Positions 29,006 to 39,600 of a DNA stretch of 59,024 nucleotides are shown one piece after another. How positions within the stretch are numbered: position 1 is the first letter of the stretch; every line of letters begins with the position of its first letter. Source of the stretch: Flavobacteriales bacterium (lineage in GTDB: Bacteria; Bacteroidota; Bacteroidia; Flavobacteriales_C; GCA-002722245); the NCBI GenBank assembly GCA_045561495.1, contig JBJKXR010000004.1:1-59024 (forward strand), read 5' to 3'. The position numbers were made by a program, and so were the translations under genes. Below the pieces are notes generated by a model. The model worked only from the letters and a program-made list of their open reading frames with translations. It was not told the DNA's origin and did no database searches.

Positions 29006-30262
29006 ATGGCAAATTATTTATTCACTTCTGAGTCCGTATCAGAGGGACACCCTGATAAAGTGGCGGATCAAATTTCTGATGCTTTAATTGATAATTTTCT
29101 TGCTTTTGATGCACAGTCAAAAGTTGCATGTGAAACTCTTGTAACAACAGGTCAAGTAGTATTGGCTGGAGAAGTGAATTCAAAAACTTATCTAGATGTT
29201 CAAAAAATTGCACGTGACGTAATTCAAAAAATTGGATATACTAAATCAGAGTATATGTTTGAAGCCAAATCATGTGGAGTTTTATCAGCCATTCACGAAC
29301 AATCTCCAGACATCAATCAGGGAGTTGATCGAGACAGTCCAGAGGAACAAGGAGCGGGTGATCAGGGTATGATGTTTGGCTATGCCACAAAAGAAACTGA
29401 AAATTATATGCCATTGGCTTTGGATCTCTCTCATAAAATATTAATTGAACATGCACGGTTGAGAAGGGAAGGGAATTTAATTCCTTACTTAAGGCCAGAT
29501 GCAAAATCTCAGGTTACTATTGAGTATTCTGAAGATAATGTACCCTTAAGAATTGATTCAATAGTGCTTTCCACGCAACATGATGATTTTGATACTGAAG
29601 AATCGATGCTGGAGAAAATAAAGCAAGATGTTATTAATATATTAATACCTCGTGTGATTGAGCAATTGCCTGCTAATATTAAGCTTTTGTTTAACAACGA
29701 TATTGTGTATCATATCAACCCTACAGGAAAATTTGTTATTGGTGGTCCTCACGGTGATACTGGTTTAACAGGTAGGAAAATTATTGTTGATACTTATGGT
29801 GGAAAAGGGGCACACGGAGGGGGAGCTTTTTCAGGAAAAGATCCTTCAAAAGTAGATCGCTCAGCAGCATATGCAACTCGTCATATTGCCAAAAATTTAG
29901 TAGCAGCAGGTGTTTGCGATGAAGTTTTAGTTCAAGTATCTTATGCCATTGGAGTAGTAAAACCAACGGGTATTTTTGTCAATACCTATGGAACATCAAA
30001 GGTTGAGTTAGAAGACGGAGCAATTGCTAAAATTGTTGAAGAAGTGTTCGATATGCGTCCTTATTCGATTGAGAAGAGATTGAAGTTAAGAAATCCCATT
30101 TATTTGGAAACTGCAGCATACGGTCATATGGGAAGAAAAAACCAAGTAATAAAAAAGACGTTTGTTGGGGCTGATGGAACAAGAAAACAAATAGAAGTTG
30201 AATTGTTTACTTGGGAAAAGTTAGATTTTGTTGACAAGCTTAAAAAAGCATTTGATTTATAA
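29006..30262 (+). CDS. metK: S-adenosylmethionine synthetase
   Basis: 418 aa. [20 protein letters not shown] and [12 protein letters not shown], plus the GGGAFSGKD motif. Confidence 0.95.
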   Translation: MANYLFTSESVSEGHPDKVADQISDALIDNFLAFDAQSKVACETLVTTGQVVLAGEVNSKTYLDVQKIARDVIQKIGYTKSEYMFEAKSCGVLSAIHEQSPDINQGVDRDSPEEQGAGDQGMMFGYATKETENYMPLALDLSHKILIEHARLRREGNLIPYLRPDAKSQVTIEYSEDNVPLRIDSIVLSTQHDDFDTEESMLEKIKQDVINILIPRVIEQLPANIKLLFNNDIVYHINPTGKFVIGGPHGDTGLTGRKIIVDTYGGKGAHGGGAFSGKDPSKVDRSAAYATRHIAKNLVAAGVCDEVLVQVSYAIGVVKPTGIFVNTYGTSKVELEDGAIAKIVEEVFDMRPYSIEKRLKLRNPIYLETAAYGHMGRKNQVIKKTFVGADGTRKQIEVELFTWEKLDFVDKLKKAFDL

Positions 30263-30308
30263 GTTAACTCTTAATGACTTCTTTTTTATTGTACTAATAA
30301 AAGCTATT

Positions 30309-31106
30309 TTATCGTATAACATACTTTTCTTTTGGTTGATCTTTTTTGAAGAAAATGATACCAATCCAAAAAATATCGATTGAGCATGTTACTGATGGAT
30401 GTGCTTGAATATGCTCCCAAGCCTCTTCCATGCCGTTACTCCAATGTATGTCATCAAAAATGAAAATTGAATTTTCATGGGCTTTTTTTAAACACATATT
30501 AAAGTATTCAAGAGTAGGTTTTTTTTGATGATTTCCATCAAAAAACACATAGTCTAATTTTTCATAGCTATCTATAACTTCGGGAAGTGTATTTAAAAAA
30601 TCTCCAACTTTAATTTTAACATCTTTTGCTTTAAAATTTGCAAGTACTTTTTTAGCAATTTTAGCAGTTTCTGGGCAACCTTCCATGGTTGTAAAGTTTG
30701 CTTTTTTATTAGCGCCAATTTGATAACATGCTGATATTCCCAGTGAAGTGCCCAGTTCCAACATGTTATGCGGTTCAAATTTATTGACTAAGCGGAAAAG
30801 TACTTGTCCTAACCAAGGTGCTTTGGCTGAATTGATGACTAAATCTGAAACCTTTCTTTCTTTAGAATTATTAATGGTACTTCCAGCTCCAAAATCAGTA
30901 ATTTTTATTGTAGAATTATTCCTCTTTAAAACCGCTCGTATGTTTTCAATTTCTTTAAATGAGTAGAATTTTTGATTTGCTTGTAAGACGTCTTTAATAA
31001 TGCTGTTTACAAATGCAGATTTTGTATTGTGCTTCGCATATAGCCAATACTTGAAATATCTACTAGCAAATTGGAATCTCTTTCGCATTTTGCAAAGAAA
31101 CGACAT
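30309..31106 (-). CDS. Class I SAM-dependent (O-)methyltransferase-like protein
   Basis: 265 aa. MLELGTSLGIS glycine-rich motif I and FFDGNH. The start is uncertain (31106 or 31088). Confidence 0.7.
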   Translation of the reverse strand: MSFLCKMRKRFQFASRYFKYWLYAKHNTKSAFVNSIIKDVLQANQKFYSFKEIENIRAVLKRNNSTIKITDFGAGSTINNSKERKVSDLVINSAKAPWLGQVLFRLVNKFEPHNMLELGTSLGISACYQIGANKKANFTTMEGCPETAKIAKKVLANFKAKDVKIKVGDFLNTLPEVIDSYEKLDYVFFDGNHQKKPTLEYFNMCLKKAHENSIFIFDDIHWSNGMEEAWEHIQAHPSVTCSIDIFWIGIIFFKKDQPKEKYVIR

Positions 31107-31140
31107 TTAAGAGAGAAAGCCCAAAAGCTATATGGGTAAA

Positions 31141-31167
31141 TTAAAAAAGGGCTGAATATACAGCCCT
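31141..31167 (-). terminator. Rho-independent terminator directly after the gldM-like gene
   Basis: On the minus strand, stem AGGGCTG, loop TATATT, stem CAGCCCT, then TTTTTT. It lies 46 nt past the gldM-like stop. Confidence 0.7.
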
Positions 31168-31212
31168 CCCTCTCTAACATCATATCCTGATTAGGGATAT
31201 GTCCTGACAAGA

Positions 31213-32820
31213 TTACTTAATAGTGATTTTTTGGATGATTTTATGTGTTATTTTATCAGCTCCTTTTGCCTTCATTTTTATTTCAACTCTACTTCCTTTT
31301 CGAAGTCCTTTAATAATATCACTTGTTGCCTTATTAATTTTTCCATTAACTAAATCTGGAAGAGGTATTATTTCATTTCCTTTGATATAAAAAATTTCCG
31401 CACTTACAATTTTAGGTGTTGATGATATGGGAAAAGATTTATCATATTTTGGATGCGCACCGACTTCTTTTAAAACGGTAGCTAAGCTTCCTGAGTTTGC
31501 TAAGCCATATCTTACACCGGGGGTCAAAATATATGGTTTTGGAAGTGATGTACTTTTCCAGGTTTGTTTAGAAACCATCTTGTTTTCACCATTAATATTG
31601 GCAAAAACTGTAATTTCAATTCTTCCGCCTTTAGAAGGCGTAAATATATATTTTCCATTTCCTTTTTGGGTAACTTTGCATGAATTGCTTGCGTTTACAG
31701 TTAAATCTTCAGAGTTTATTCCAGGTGCAGAAACACTTATTTCGTTATTCAATCCAATATACATGATGTTTAATTGATCAGAAGAAATTACTGCGCTAGG
31801 AGCCGCAACGGTGTAATTTTTCACAAATGGATAGGAAAGGAATTCACCTTTTCGTTTTGGGTTAGGGTGTGGTACCTTCATTATTCCGCCCCAAGTGTGA
31901 TTTCCTGTTTTATCTGTTGTTGTTTTAAATTTTCCAATGCCTCCATCAACAGGAATACTGTCTGTTTTTCCTGTGAATTTTATTTGTCCCGTATTTTGGT
32001 AATAATCAATATCATAATCTCCTACAATAATAATGGGTTCTTGGGTTGTATCAGAAGCTGCTAGAAATATATTTGCTGAATATTCGTCTCCCTGAAGTAC
32101 ATAGCTTGATTGTGCAATAGATGTGGCTAATATTTTGTTCACTTTTACTTCATTAATGCCTATGTTTTCTAATAAATAGTTTATCGCTTGAGATTCCGAA
32201 TTTCTAACATAACTCTGAATATTGGTTAAGTTAGCGGTTACAGCAGCTAAGGGTAAATATTCACTTATACCATTTTCCCAGGGACTTTCTACATCTTCAT
32301 AGTCAATATGAGGAGGGGTTGCTAATAATTTTTCAATACCATTTATAACTGAAGTATCTTCTGGGTTAATTAATGAAATTAAACTTGATTTATACGTGTT
32401 GATTTTGTCTTTTAGCTCAGTACCATAACCTTTTACAACAAGATATTCTGCTCCAACATCTTGGTTGTCTTTACCTATAGGAACTCCGGTTTCTTCATCA
32501 ATACCTCCTCCAAGTTCAATAATGTCTGCTTTATATTTTTCAATATCGGAAAATAATTGGTTGGATAATTTTTCAATGTTCAAAGCATTTTTTTGCGCTT
32601 CTATTGCTACATCTGCACCAGAAGCTGCCGCCGTTGAAATCTTTGTATAAATTGAAGTATTGGTTGAATTGAAGTTTTTTGTAGTAACATCAATGCCATC
32701 TTCTAAGAAAATAAATGCATCCAATAAGTCCTTTGATGCATTCATTGCTAACATTGCCAACAAAACAAGGTACATCATACCAATCATTTGTTGACGAGGG
32801 GTTTGTTTTACTCCTGCCAT
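31213..32820 (-). CDS. gldM: GldM/PorM-like gliding/T9SS motor protein, orphan copy (no gldK/L/N flanking)
   Basis: 535 aa. The N-terminus MAGVKQTPRQQMIGMMYLVLLAMLAMNASKDLLDAF closely parallels the GldM N-terminus and TM helix. The long periplasmic remainder is of GldM size. Confidence 0.8.
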   Translation of the reverse strand: MAGVKQTPRQQMIGMMYLVLLAMLAMNASKDLLDAFIFLEDGIDVTTKNFNSTNTSIYTKISTAAASGADVAIEAQKNALNIEKLSNQLFSDIEKYKADIIELGGGIDEETGVPIGKDNQDVGAEYLVVKGYGTELKDKINTYKSSLISLINPEDTSVINGIEKLLATPPHIDYEDVESPWENGISEYLPLAAVTANLTNIQSYVRNSESQAINYLLENIGINEVKVNKILATSIAQSSYVLQGDEYSANIFLAASDTTQEPIIIVGDYDIDYYQNTGQIKFTGKTDSIPVDGGIGKFKTTTDKTGNHTWGGIMKVPHPNPKRKGEFLSYPFVKNYTVAAPSAVISSDQLNIMYIGLNNEISVSAPGINSEDLTVNASNSCKVTQKGNGKYIFTPSKGGRIEITVFANINGENKMVSKQTWKSTSLPKPYILTPGVRYGLANSGSLATVLKEVGAHPKYDKSFPISSTPKIVSAEIFYIKGNEIIPLPDLVNGKINKATSDIIKGLRKGSRVEIKMKAKGADKITHKIIQKITIK

Positions 32821-32841
32821 AATAACTGTTTTTATTGATTG

Positions 32842-32861
32842 GATAATTCTTATGAATTATC
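32842..32861. promoter_or_regulatory. 20-bp palindrome GATAATTC-TTAT-GAATTATC upstream of the gldM-like gene
   Basis: Perfect 8-bp inverted arms with a 4-nt spacer, 22 to 41 nt upstream of ATG 32820. It could be an operator or a 5'-UTR hairpin. Confidence 0.4.
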
Positions 32862-33081
32862 TAGGCGACAACTTGAGCTCTCGGTTGATGCTTCAGTTAT
32901 TAAATACAGTTAATTAAAATGGTTACACTTTTTATTTTTAGGAGGGTAAATTATTATTCACTTTACTTTAAATTTGACTTTTTAAGTTCACATGCTTTTG
33001 ATTTAAACTATCTTGATAATTGAAAGAAGTAAGTCGCTATTTAAAGGCAATTGGTCAATATAAGCAGGAATGTTTATACAA

Positions 33082-33441
33082 TTAAGCAAGCGCTACTTCT
33101 TGTATTTTTGAATCTAGATGATCATAATTTATTGGTTTTCTAAGAACCAATTCATTATTAATTTCTTTGTCTAAATATTTAATGTATTTGTCTTTTAAAG
33201 AAGTTATAAACAGCATTTTTGTTTCTGTCTTATTTAAGTAATTCAAGGTTTTGTACAACTCACTTCCAGTTACATAAGGCATGAGAAGGTCTGTAATTAC
33301 CAAGTCAGGCTGGTGTTTTAAAATTAAAGATAGCGCCTCCATTGCGTTTGTTGATTCGATTACTTTGTGGCCTTTTTTATTCAAGTAATAAGAAAGCTTT
33401 TTAAGAACAAGCAGGTTGTCATCAATTATTAGAATATTCAT
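33082..33441 (-). CDS. Single-domain CheY-like response regulator (receiver only)
   Basis: 119 aa. IIDDN acidic pair, phospho-acceptor context LVITDLLMP, LFITS and LRKP (conserved Lys). No output domain. Confidence 0.88.
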   Translation of the reverse strand: MNILIIDDNLLVLKKLSYYLNKKGHKVIESTNAMEALSLILKHQPDLVITDLLMPYVTGSELYKTLNYLNKTETKMLFITSLKDKYIKYLDKEINNELVLRKPINYDHLDSKIQEVALA

Positions 33442-33558
33442 GGTATCAAAACTTTAAAGGGTGTTAAACACATACGTGTCCAAAGAGACAAACGTTCTTT
33501 TATTATCGACAAAATACTTTAATAAAACGATTAACAAATTATTTGCTTCTATAAGCGC

Positions 33559-34602
33559 TTAAGTATCAAAGGTTATTTTTATGTTTGGACTTAATACCCT
33601 GGCTTGGCAGGATAAAACAGCCCCACTTTCAACTTCATCATCAGATAATGCGATGTTATTTTCCATTTCAGCCGTACCATCTCCAACCATGCATTTGCAA
33701 ACTCCACAAACTCCACCTTGGCAAGAAAAGGGAATGTCATAACCTGCTGCTAAACCTGCCTCTAATATCGATTCTCCTTTTTTTACTTTAAATTCAATGT
33801 TTTCTCCATCGAGAATAGCGTTTACGATAGTGATTTTTTTTGTTGTCACTTTTTTTTCTGTGACATTAGCGGTAAAAAGCTCGTAATGAATATTGGATGG
33901 TTCAAAATTAAATTTGTTTTCGAGTAAATTATTTATGTTGTTAGTCATTTCTTGAGGTCCACAAATGAATACTTCATTCGTTAAATTGGCAGGTGCAAAT
34001 TTTTTAAATAACTTTTTAATTTTTTGGCCTTCAAGTCTTCCGGTGTGAAATCGGCTTTCTCCTTTAATTTGGCTATATATAAAATGTACAGTAAGTTTTT
34101 CGGAATATTTCTTTTTTAGTTGTTCAATCTCTTCTTTAAATATGGATAATTCAGGTGATTTGTTTCCATAAAATAAATTGATTGTACTGTTTGGTTCCTC
34201 AACTAATATCGATTTAAGAATAGAGAAAATAGGAGTAATTCCGCTCCCTGCCGCAATTAATGTATAAGACTTGGTGTTCTTTGAATTGGTTTCGACAAAG
34301 AAACTTCCATTTGGGGCTCCTATTTCTATTTGATCACCAGCCTTAAGTTCTTTGTTCGCAAAGGTTGAAAATTTACCATTAGGAATTTGTTTTACAACTA
34401 CTTTAAATTGACCAGATTTTGGTGTTGAGCACAAAGAATAAGATCTTCTTATATCTTCTCCATTGATAACTTTTTTAAGTGTTAAGAATTGACCTGATTT
34501 AAATGAGAATTCATTTAATAGGGTTAGAGGGACTTCAAATTCTATGGATACAGAGTTTGACGTTTCTTTTGTGATATTTTTAATATTTAGTGTATGGAAC
34601 AT
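33559..34602 (-). CDS. Ferredoxin-NAD(P)+ reductase with C-terminal plant-type 2Fe-2S domain (PaaE/phthalate dioxygenase reductase-like)
   Basis: ATG 34602 gives MFHTLNIKNI. RSYS flavin motif, GSGITP NAD motif and CQGGVCGVCKC...C cluster. The tracked upstream start 34692 would overlap the divergent gene. Confidence 0.85.
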   Translation of the reverse strand: MFHTLNIKNITKETSNSVSIEFEVPLTLLNEFSFKSGQFLTLKKVINGEDIRRSYSLCSTPKSGQFKVVVKQIPNGKFSTFANKELKAGDQIEIGAPNGSFFVETNSKNTKSYTLIAAGSGITPIFSILKSILVEEPNSTINLFYGNKSPELSIFKEEIEQLKKKYSEKLTVHFIYSQIKGESRFHTGRLEGQKIKKLFKKFAPANLTNEVFICGPQEMTNNINNLLENKFNFEPSNIHYELFTANVTEKKVTTKKITIVNAILDGENIEFKVKKGESILEAGLAAGYDIPFSCQGGVCGVCKCMVGDGTAEMENNIALSDDEVESGAVLSCQARVLSPNIKITFDT

Positions 34603-34646
34603 ATTTAAAATGTATGAAAAAAATACAACATCTGTAAAAAAGTAAT

Positions 34647-34654
34647 TACGTTTG
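34647..34654 (+). promoter_or_regulatory. Candidate -7 promoter box TACGTTTG upstream of the acyltransferase gene
   Basis: Exact TAnnTTTG match 17 nt before ATG 34672. Confidence 0.4.
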
Positions 34655-34671
34655 TAGGAGAAATTGTACGT

Positions 34672-35781
34672 ATGATTTATAAATTGATACAATTTATATT
34701 GAGGATTTATCTTCCAGTTTTATTCAAACGTATGGAGTTTAGGGGCTTAGAAAATGTTCCTCAAGATAAACCCGTTATTTTTGCGGTGAATCACCAAAAT
34801 GCTTTTTTAGATGGAATTTTAGTCGCTTTAAAATTGCGTCGTCCAGTTTTCTTTTTAACTCGCTCAGATGTGTTTAAGGGCAAATGGATTGTGAAAATTT
34901 TTCAATTGCTTAACCTGGTACCTATTTTCAGAAGACAAGATGGTATGGGTGATATTACTGTTAAAAATCGTGAGACATTTAAATACTGTATCCAAGAGTT
35001 AGAAAAAAGGAAACCAATTTTAATTTTTCCAGAGGGTGAAAGTGAACCTATTCATCATTTATTTGACTTAAAAAAAGGGGTTGCACGTCTAGCCTTTGAA
35101 GCAGAATCAAAAAATAATTTCAAACTTGGGTTGCATGTTGTCCCAGTAGTTATAAATTATGAAAATCATTTCGTTGCAGGTAAAAAAGTTTTTGTTAATT
35201 ATCTAAATCCAATTCTGATATCGGGTTATAAGAATTTATATTTTGAAAATGAAGTTCGATCGATGTCTGTTTTTTTAAAGAATTTGCAATATGAGATGAG
35301 GCAAAACATGATTCATATTTCTGGTGATTATGTCAAATTTAAAAGAAGGTATTGGAGAGGTATTATTCGGCAGTCACGTAATGACAAGGAAATAATAGCA
35401 GCGATAAAGTCAATTCCATATGATACGAATGAATTTTCAAAGGAAGGGTATCGATGGCAAAGAGAAAAATATAAATACAATAAGCCTAGGTCTTTTTTAA
35501 TGCGCGTTTGTTATTTTTTAATTTGTTTGCCAGGATTCTTATTGTTCTTTCCAACAATTATAATTACTAAATTAATTCTTGCAAAAGTTAAGGACGAATC
35601 ATTTTATTTATCCATTACGGCCTTAAGTTGGTTGTTTTTTGGTTTGGTCCAAATAATAATTGCATCTATATACATATGGAATTATACGGATTGGGATATT
35701 TTTGTGAGTTCTTTACTCATACTGTTTGCAATCGTTTATTTCACATTGCGTAACTTTTATAAACCATTTAAATCAGGCTGA
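34672..35781 (+). CDS. 1-acyl-sn-glycerol-3-phosphate acyltransferase-family protein with C-terminal TM segments
   Basis: 369 aa. HX4D motif NHQNAFLD and FPEGE motif, with hydrophobic C-terminal helices. Confidence 0.82.
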   Translation: MIYKLIQFILRIYLPVLFKRMEFRGLENVPQDKPVIFAVNHQNAFLDGILVALKLRRPVFFLTRSDVFKGKWIVKIFQLLNLVPIFRRQDGMGDITVKNRETFKYCIQELEKRKPILIFPEGESEPIHHLFDLKKGVARLAFEAESKNNFKLGLHVVPVVINYENHFVAGKKVFVNYLNPILISGYKNLYFENEVRSMSVFLKNLQYEMRQNMIHISGDYVKFKRRYWRGIIRQSRNDKEIIAAIKSIPYDTNEFSKEGYRWQREKYKYNKPRSFLMRVCYFLICLPGFLLFFPTIIITKLILAKVKDESFYLSITALSWLFFGLVQIIIASIYIWNYTDWDIFVSSLLILFAIVYFTLRNFYKPFKSG

Positions 35782-36515
35782 GTACTCTTTTTTTCCAATT
35801 CTGGAGCTTCTGAATTAATGTAGTTAGTGAATTTCCAAATTTCTATAATTTCTTCAACATGAACCTCATAAGGTTCATAAAGTGTATTGGTTGAACACAG
35901 AAGAAATGTTTTATTTTTTTTAAGTTGATTGTATACTATTTTAAAAACAATACCTTCATCTTTGGTAATAACAATGTAAGGGTATCCATCTTTGATATAG
36001 TTCCAATTTTGAATAAATTCCCCTGTAACAAAACTACCATTTGATACAGGTGGCATAGAGTCACCAGATATTGGGAAAGTTCGATATTTCCTATCTTTTG
36101 CTAAAAATGGAAGTTGAAAAGTAGGCAATACTTTTATGTATTCTGGGTCGTATAGTCCTTGGGTATATCCTGCTTGAGCTTTTAAAGGAACCAATTCAAT
36201 GTTTTCTTCATCTTCATGGTTAACTGTAGTAGTCAAAACACGGAGTTTTCTTCCGCTTACGTCAACATTAAATCCATTTTCAAGATTGGTTAGTCGAAGT
36301 TCTGAAAATTCATGCAAGTCTTCTTTTAGAAACACATCAATTGGAAGACTGAAATACTTAGAAATCTTCATCAATGTATCGAATTTTGGCTCTGCCGCCT
36401 CATTTTCGTAGGCACTCCATGTTGATCTTGTTATTTGAAGTGTGTTTGATATATCCGCTTGAGATCTAGACCTTCTTTTTCTTAATAATTTTAGGTTGCT
36501 TCCGAAATAACTCAT
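35757..36515 (-). CDS. XRE-family HTH plus S24 (LexA-like) peptidase-domain repressor
   Basis: ATG 36515 gives MSYFGSNLKLLRKRRSRSQADIS...(HTH). The C-terminal half (SGDSMPP...) has the S24 catalytic Ser context. It overlaps the convergent acyltransferase 3' end by 25 nt. Confidence 0.8.
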   Translation of the reverse strand: MSYFGSNLKLLRKRRSRSQADISNTLQITRSTWSAYENEAAEPKFDTLMKISKYFSLPIDVFLKEDLHEFSELRLTNLENGFNVDVSGRKLRVLTTTVNHEDEENIELVPLKAQAGYTQGLYDPEYIKVLPTFQLPFLAKDRKYRTFPISGDSMPPVSNGSFVTGEFIQNWNYIKDGYPYIVITKDEGIVFKIVYNQLKKNKTFLLCSTNTLYEPYEVHVEEIIEIWKFTNYINSEAPELEKKSTQPDLNGL

Positions 36516-36532
36516 TGACAAAAATTTTGTCA
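36516..36532. promoter_or_regulatory. 17-bp perfect palindrome TGACAAAA-A-TTTTGTCA abutting the repressor start codon
   Basis: 8-bp arms around a single central base, immediately upstream of ATG 36515. Candidate autoregulatory operator. Confidence 0.4.
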
Positions 36533-36616
36533 AAAGATAATAATGATTTTAAGGAATTGCAAATGTTTATTTTCACAATGAACCTATAAATGTTACGTGG
36601 ATTATTAATGAGATGT

Positions 36617-39600
36617 TTAAAGAGTAGCGTTAATCTTATTTAGGGTTTTAAAAGCCTCCTCAATTGAGGTTATTTGATTAAAAGTAATGGCTAGTTTTCC
36701 TTTGGTTTCTTTTATTTTGCATGATTTAGGATTCTCTTGAACGAATGATAAAATTTCACCAAATCTTTTTGATTGAAAATAATTGCTGTCAGGGTTAGAA
36801 ATAAAATATCCTCTAAGAATTCTGTTTTTCATGTATAATCGTTCTAAACCAATTTTTTGGGCCAGCCACTTTAGTCTCATGGTAGAAATAAGTTCATCAG
36901 TCTGATGAGGAATGTCACCGAATCTATCCTCTAAATTTTTAATAAAAATTTGGAGTTCATCCTCTTTTCTTATGTCGTTTAACTTCTTATACAAACGCAA
37001 TCGTTCGTCTACTGCATTTACATAAGTTGTAGGGATGAGTATCTCCATGTCGGTTTCAATAACGCAGTCTTTAACAAAAACTCTATTTTCTTCCTTTAAC
37101 TCTTCAGCATACAATTCTTTAAATTCTCCCTCTTTGAGTTCTTGAATGGCTTCATCGAGAATTTTTTGATAGGTTTCGTAACCAATATCGGATATAAATC
37201 CAGATTGTTCGCCGCCTAATAAATTTCCTGCACCACGAATATCTAAGTCTCTCATAGCGATATTAAATCCACTCCCTAAATCACTGAATTCTTCTAGAGC
37301 TCGGAGTCTTTTTCTTGCCTCAGGAGTTAAGCCGCTTTGGGGTGGTGTAATCAGAAAACAAAATGCTTTTTTGTTTGACCTTCCTACTCTTCCCCTCATT
37401 TGGTGTAAATCGCTTAAGCCAAAGTTTTGAGCTTGATTTATAATAATTGTGTTGGCATTCGTGATGTCTAATCCTGATTCAATAATTGTTGTGGCTACTA
37501 AAACATCAAAGTCGCCATTCATAAAATTCATCATTATGGATTCCAGTTTTTTACCTTCCATTTGTCCATGGCCAACCCCTATTTTTGCATTAGGAACGAG
37601 TCTTTGTAAGGTTCCAGCGACTTCTTTTATGTTCTCAACTCGATTGTGAATAAAGTACACTTGTCCACCACGAGCCAATTCATAGGAAACAGCATCACGT
37701 ATAGCTTCTTCATTAAATCCTATGGTGCTGGTTTCAATTGGGTAGCGGTTGGGAGGAGGAGTGTTGATTATGCTTAGATCTCGAGCTCCTAAAAGAGAAA
37801 ATTGAAGAGTTCTTGGAATTGGAGTTGCGGTAAGTGTTAGGGTGTCAAGATTTGCTTTTAATGTTTTAAGTTTATCTTTTACGGAAACTCCAAATTTTTG
37901 CTCTTCATCAATAATTAAAAGGCCTAAATCATTGTATTTAATATCTTTTGCAGCCAATCTATGCGTTCCGATTATAATATCTATTTTGCCTTCTTCTAGT
38001 TTTTTAAGGGTTTCTTTTTGGTCTTTAGCACTTCGGAATCGATTGATGTAATCGACTGTAACAGGAAACTCTTCTAGTCTTTTCGAAAAAGTTCGATAAT
38101 GTTGAAATGCTAGTATAGTCGTGGGGACAAGAATTGCAACTTGTTTCCCATCAGTGGCTGATTTAAATGCCGCACGTATAGCAATCTCTGTTTTCCCAAA
38201 CCCTACATCTCCACAAATTAGTCTATCCATAGGAAAGGGTTTTTCTAAGTCCTTTTTTACAGCTATTGTTGAGGTTACTTGATCGGGTGTGTCTTCAAAT
38301 AAAAATGAAGCTTCAAGCTCAGTTTGTAAATACGAATCCTTACTAAATCCGAACCCTTTTGTAGCTTTTCTTTTAGCATACAACTTTATAAGGTCGTATG
38401 CGATTTTTTTAACTTTTTTCTTTGTATTCGCTTTTTTTGTTTTCCATGTATTTGTTCCCAGTTTATTTAAAGTGGGTTCTTTGCCTTCTTTACCTGAATA
38501 TTTGGCTATTCTATGTAAAGATTGGATACCTACATATAGAACATCTTTGTCTTTATAAATTAGCCGAATTGATTCGGATTGTTTACCGCCTTGTTCAATG
38601 ATTTCTAAGCCATCAAAAACTCCTATTCCGTAGTCGATGTGTGTAACAAAGTCACCTTTTTTAAGCCCTGTTAATTCCTTAATAGTAAGGGATTGATTGC
38701 TTTTTTTAAAGCTGTCCTTTACTCTAAATCTGTGATATCTATCAAATATTTGATGATCGGTATAGCAAATTATTTTCGTGTCTTTATCAATAAAGCCTTC
38801 ATGAAGTGTGAAGTATTGTGGTGTAAATGAAAGGGTTTCCCTGATTTGTTTATCGGGAGCCTCATGGTCCTCTATAATTGAATGAATGCGTTCTATTTGT
38901 TTAGGATTGTCGCTTATAATATTTAGAGCATAATTATTAGCGTTGTTTTTTTTGATGTCGTCAATTAAAAGTGTGAAGTTTTTATTGAAATTAGGTTGAG
39001 GAGTTATGTTTAATTTTATATTTATTGCTTTTGCAAAAAATTGGGTTCCTCCATACTCGATAACCTTTGTTTTGGATATTAAATCCTTTAGTCCGTTTTT
39101 AGTAGTGTATATATCATGAGGGGGTTGGTGAATTGAATCTTTTTTAATTTGGCTCCAAGCATCCACGGCTTTCTGATATCCCTCTTCTGTTTTATCAAGT
39201 GTAAATTGAACATCCTTTACCCATATAATTGATGAGAGTCCAAAAAAGTCAATAAAGGAAGTTTGCTCCTGTTGTATTATTTTATTTTGAACATTGGGAA
39301 GAATTTGAATGTTATCATATTTCGAAATTGAAAGTTGATTAGAAGGATCAAAAGCTCGAATGCTCTCAATCTCATCACCAAAAAATTCAATCCTAAAAGG
39401 TTTGTCGTAAGAATATGACCACACATCCATTAAGCCTCCTCGAACTGCGAATTGCCCTGGTTCAACAACAAACTGTTCCCTCGAAAATTCATACTCAAAT
39501 AATACATCGATTAAAAAATCCATTGGTAAGTTTTCGCCAACCTTGATTTTATGGCTGTTTTTCGATAGTTCTTTTTTAGTAATTACTTTTTCGAGTAAAG

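Noticed and set aside
31427-32064. Plus-strand ORFs of 116 and 96 aa inside the gldM-like gene
   Set aside because: They are antisense to a well-supported long CDS and have no motifs.
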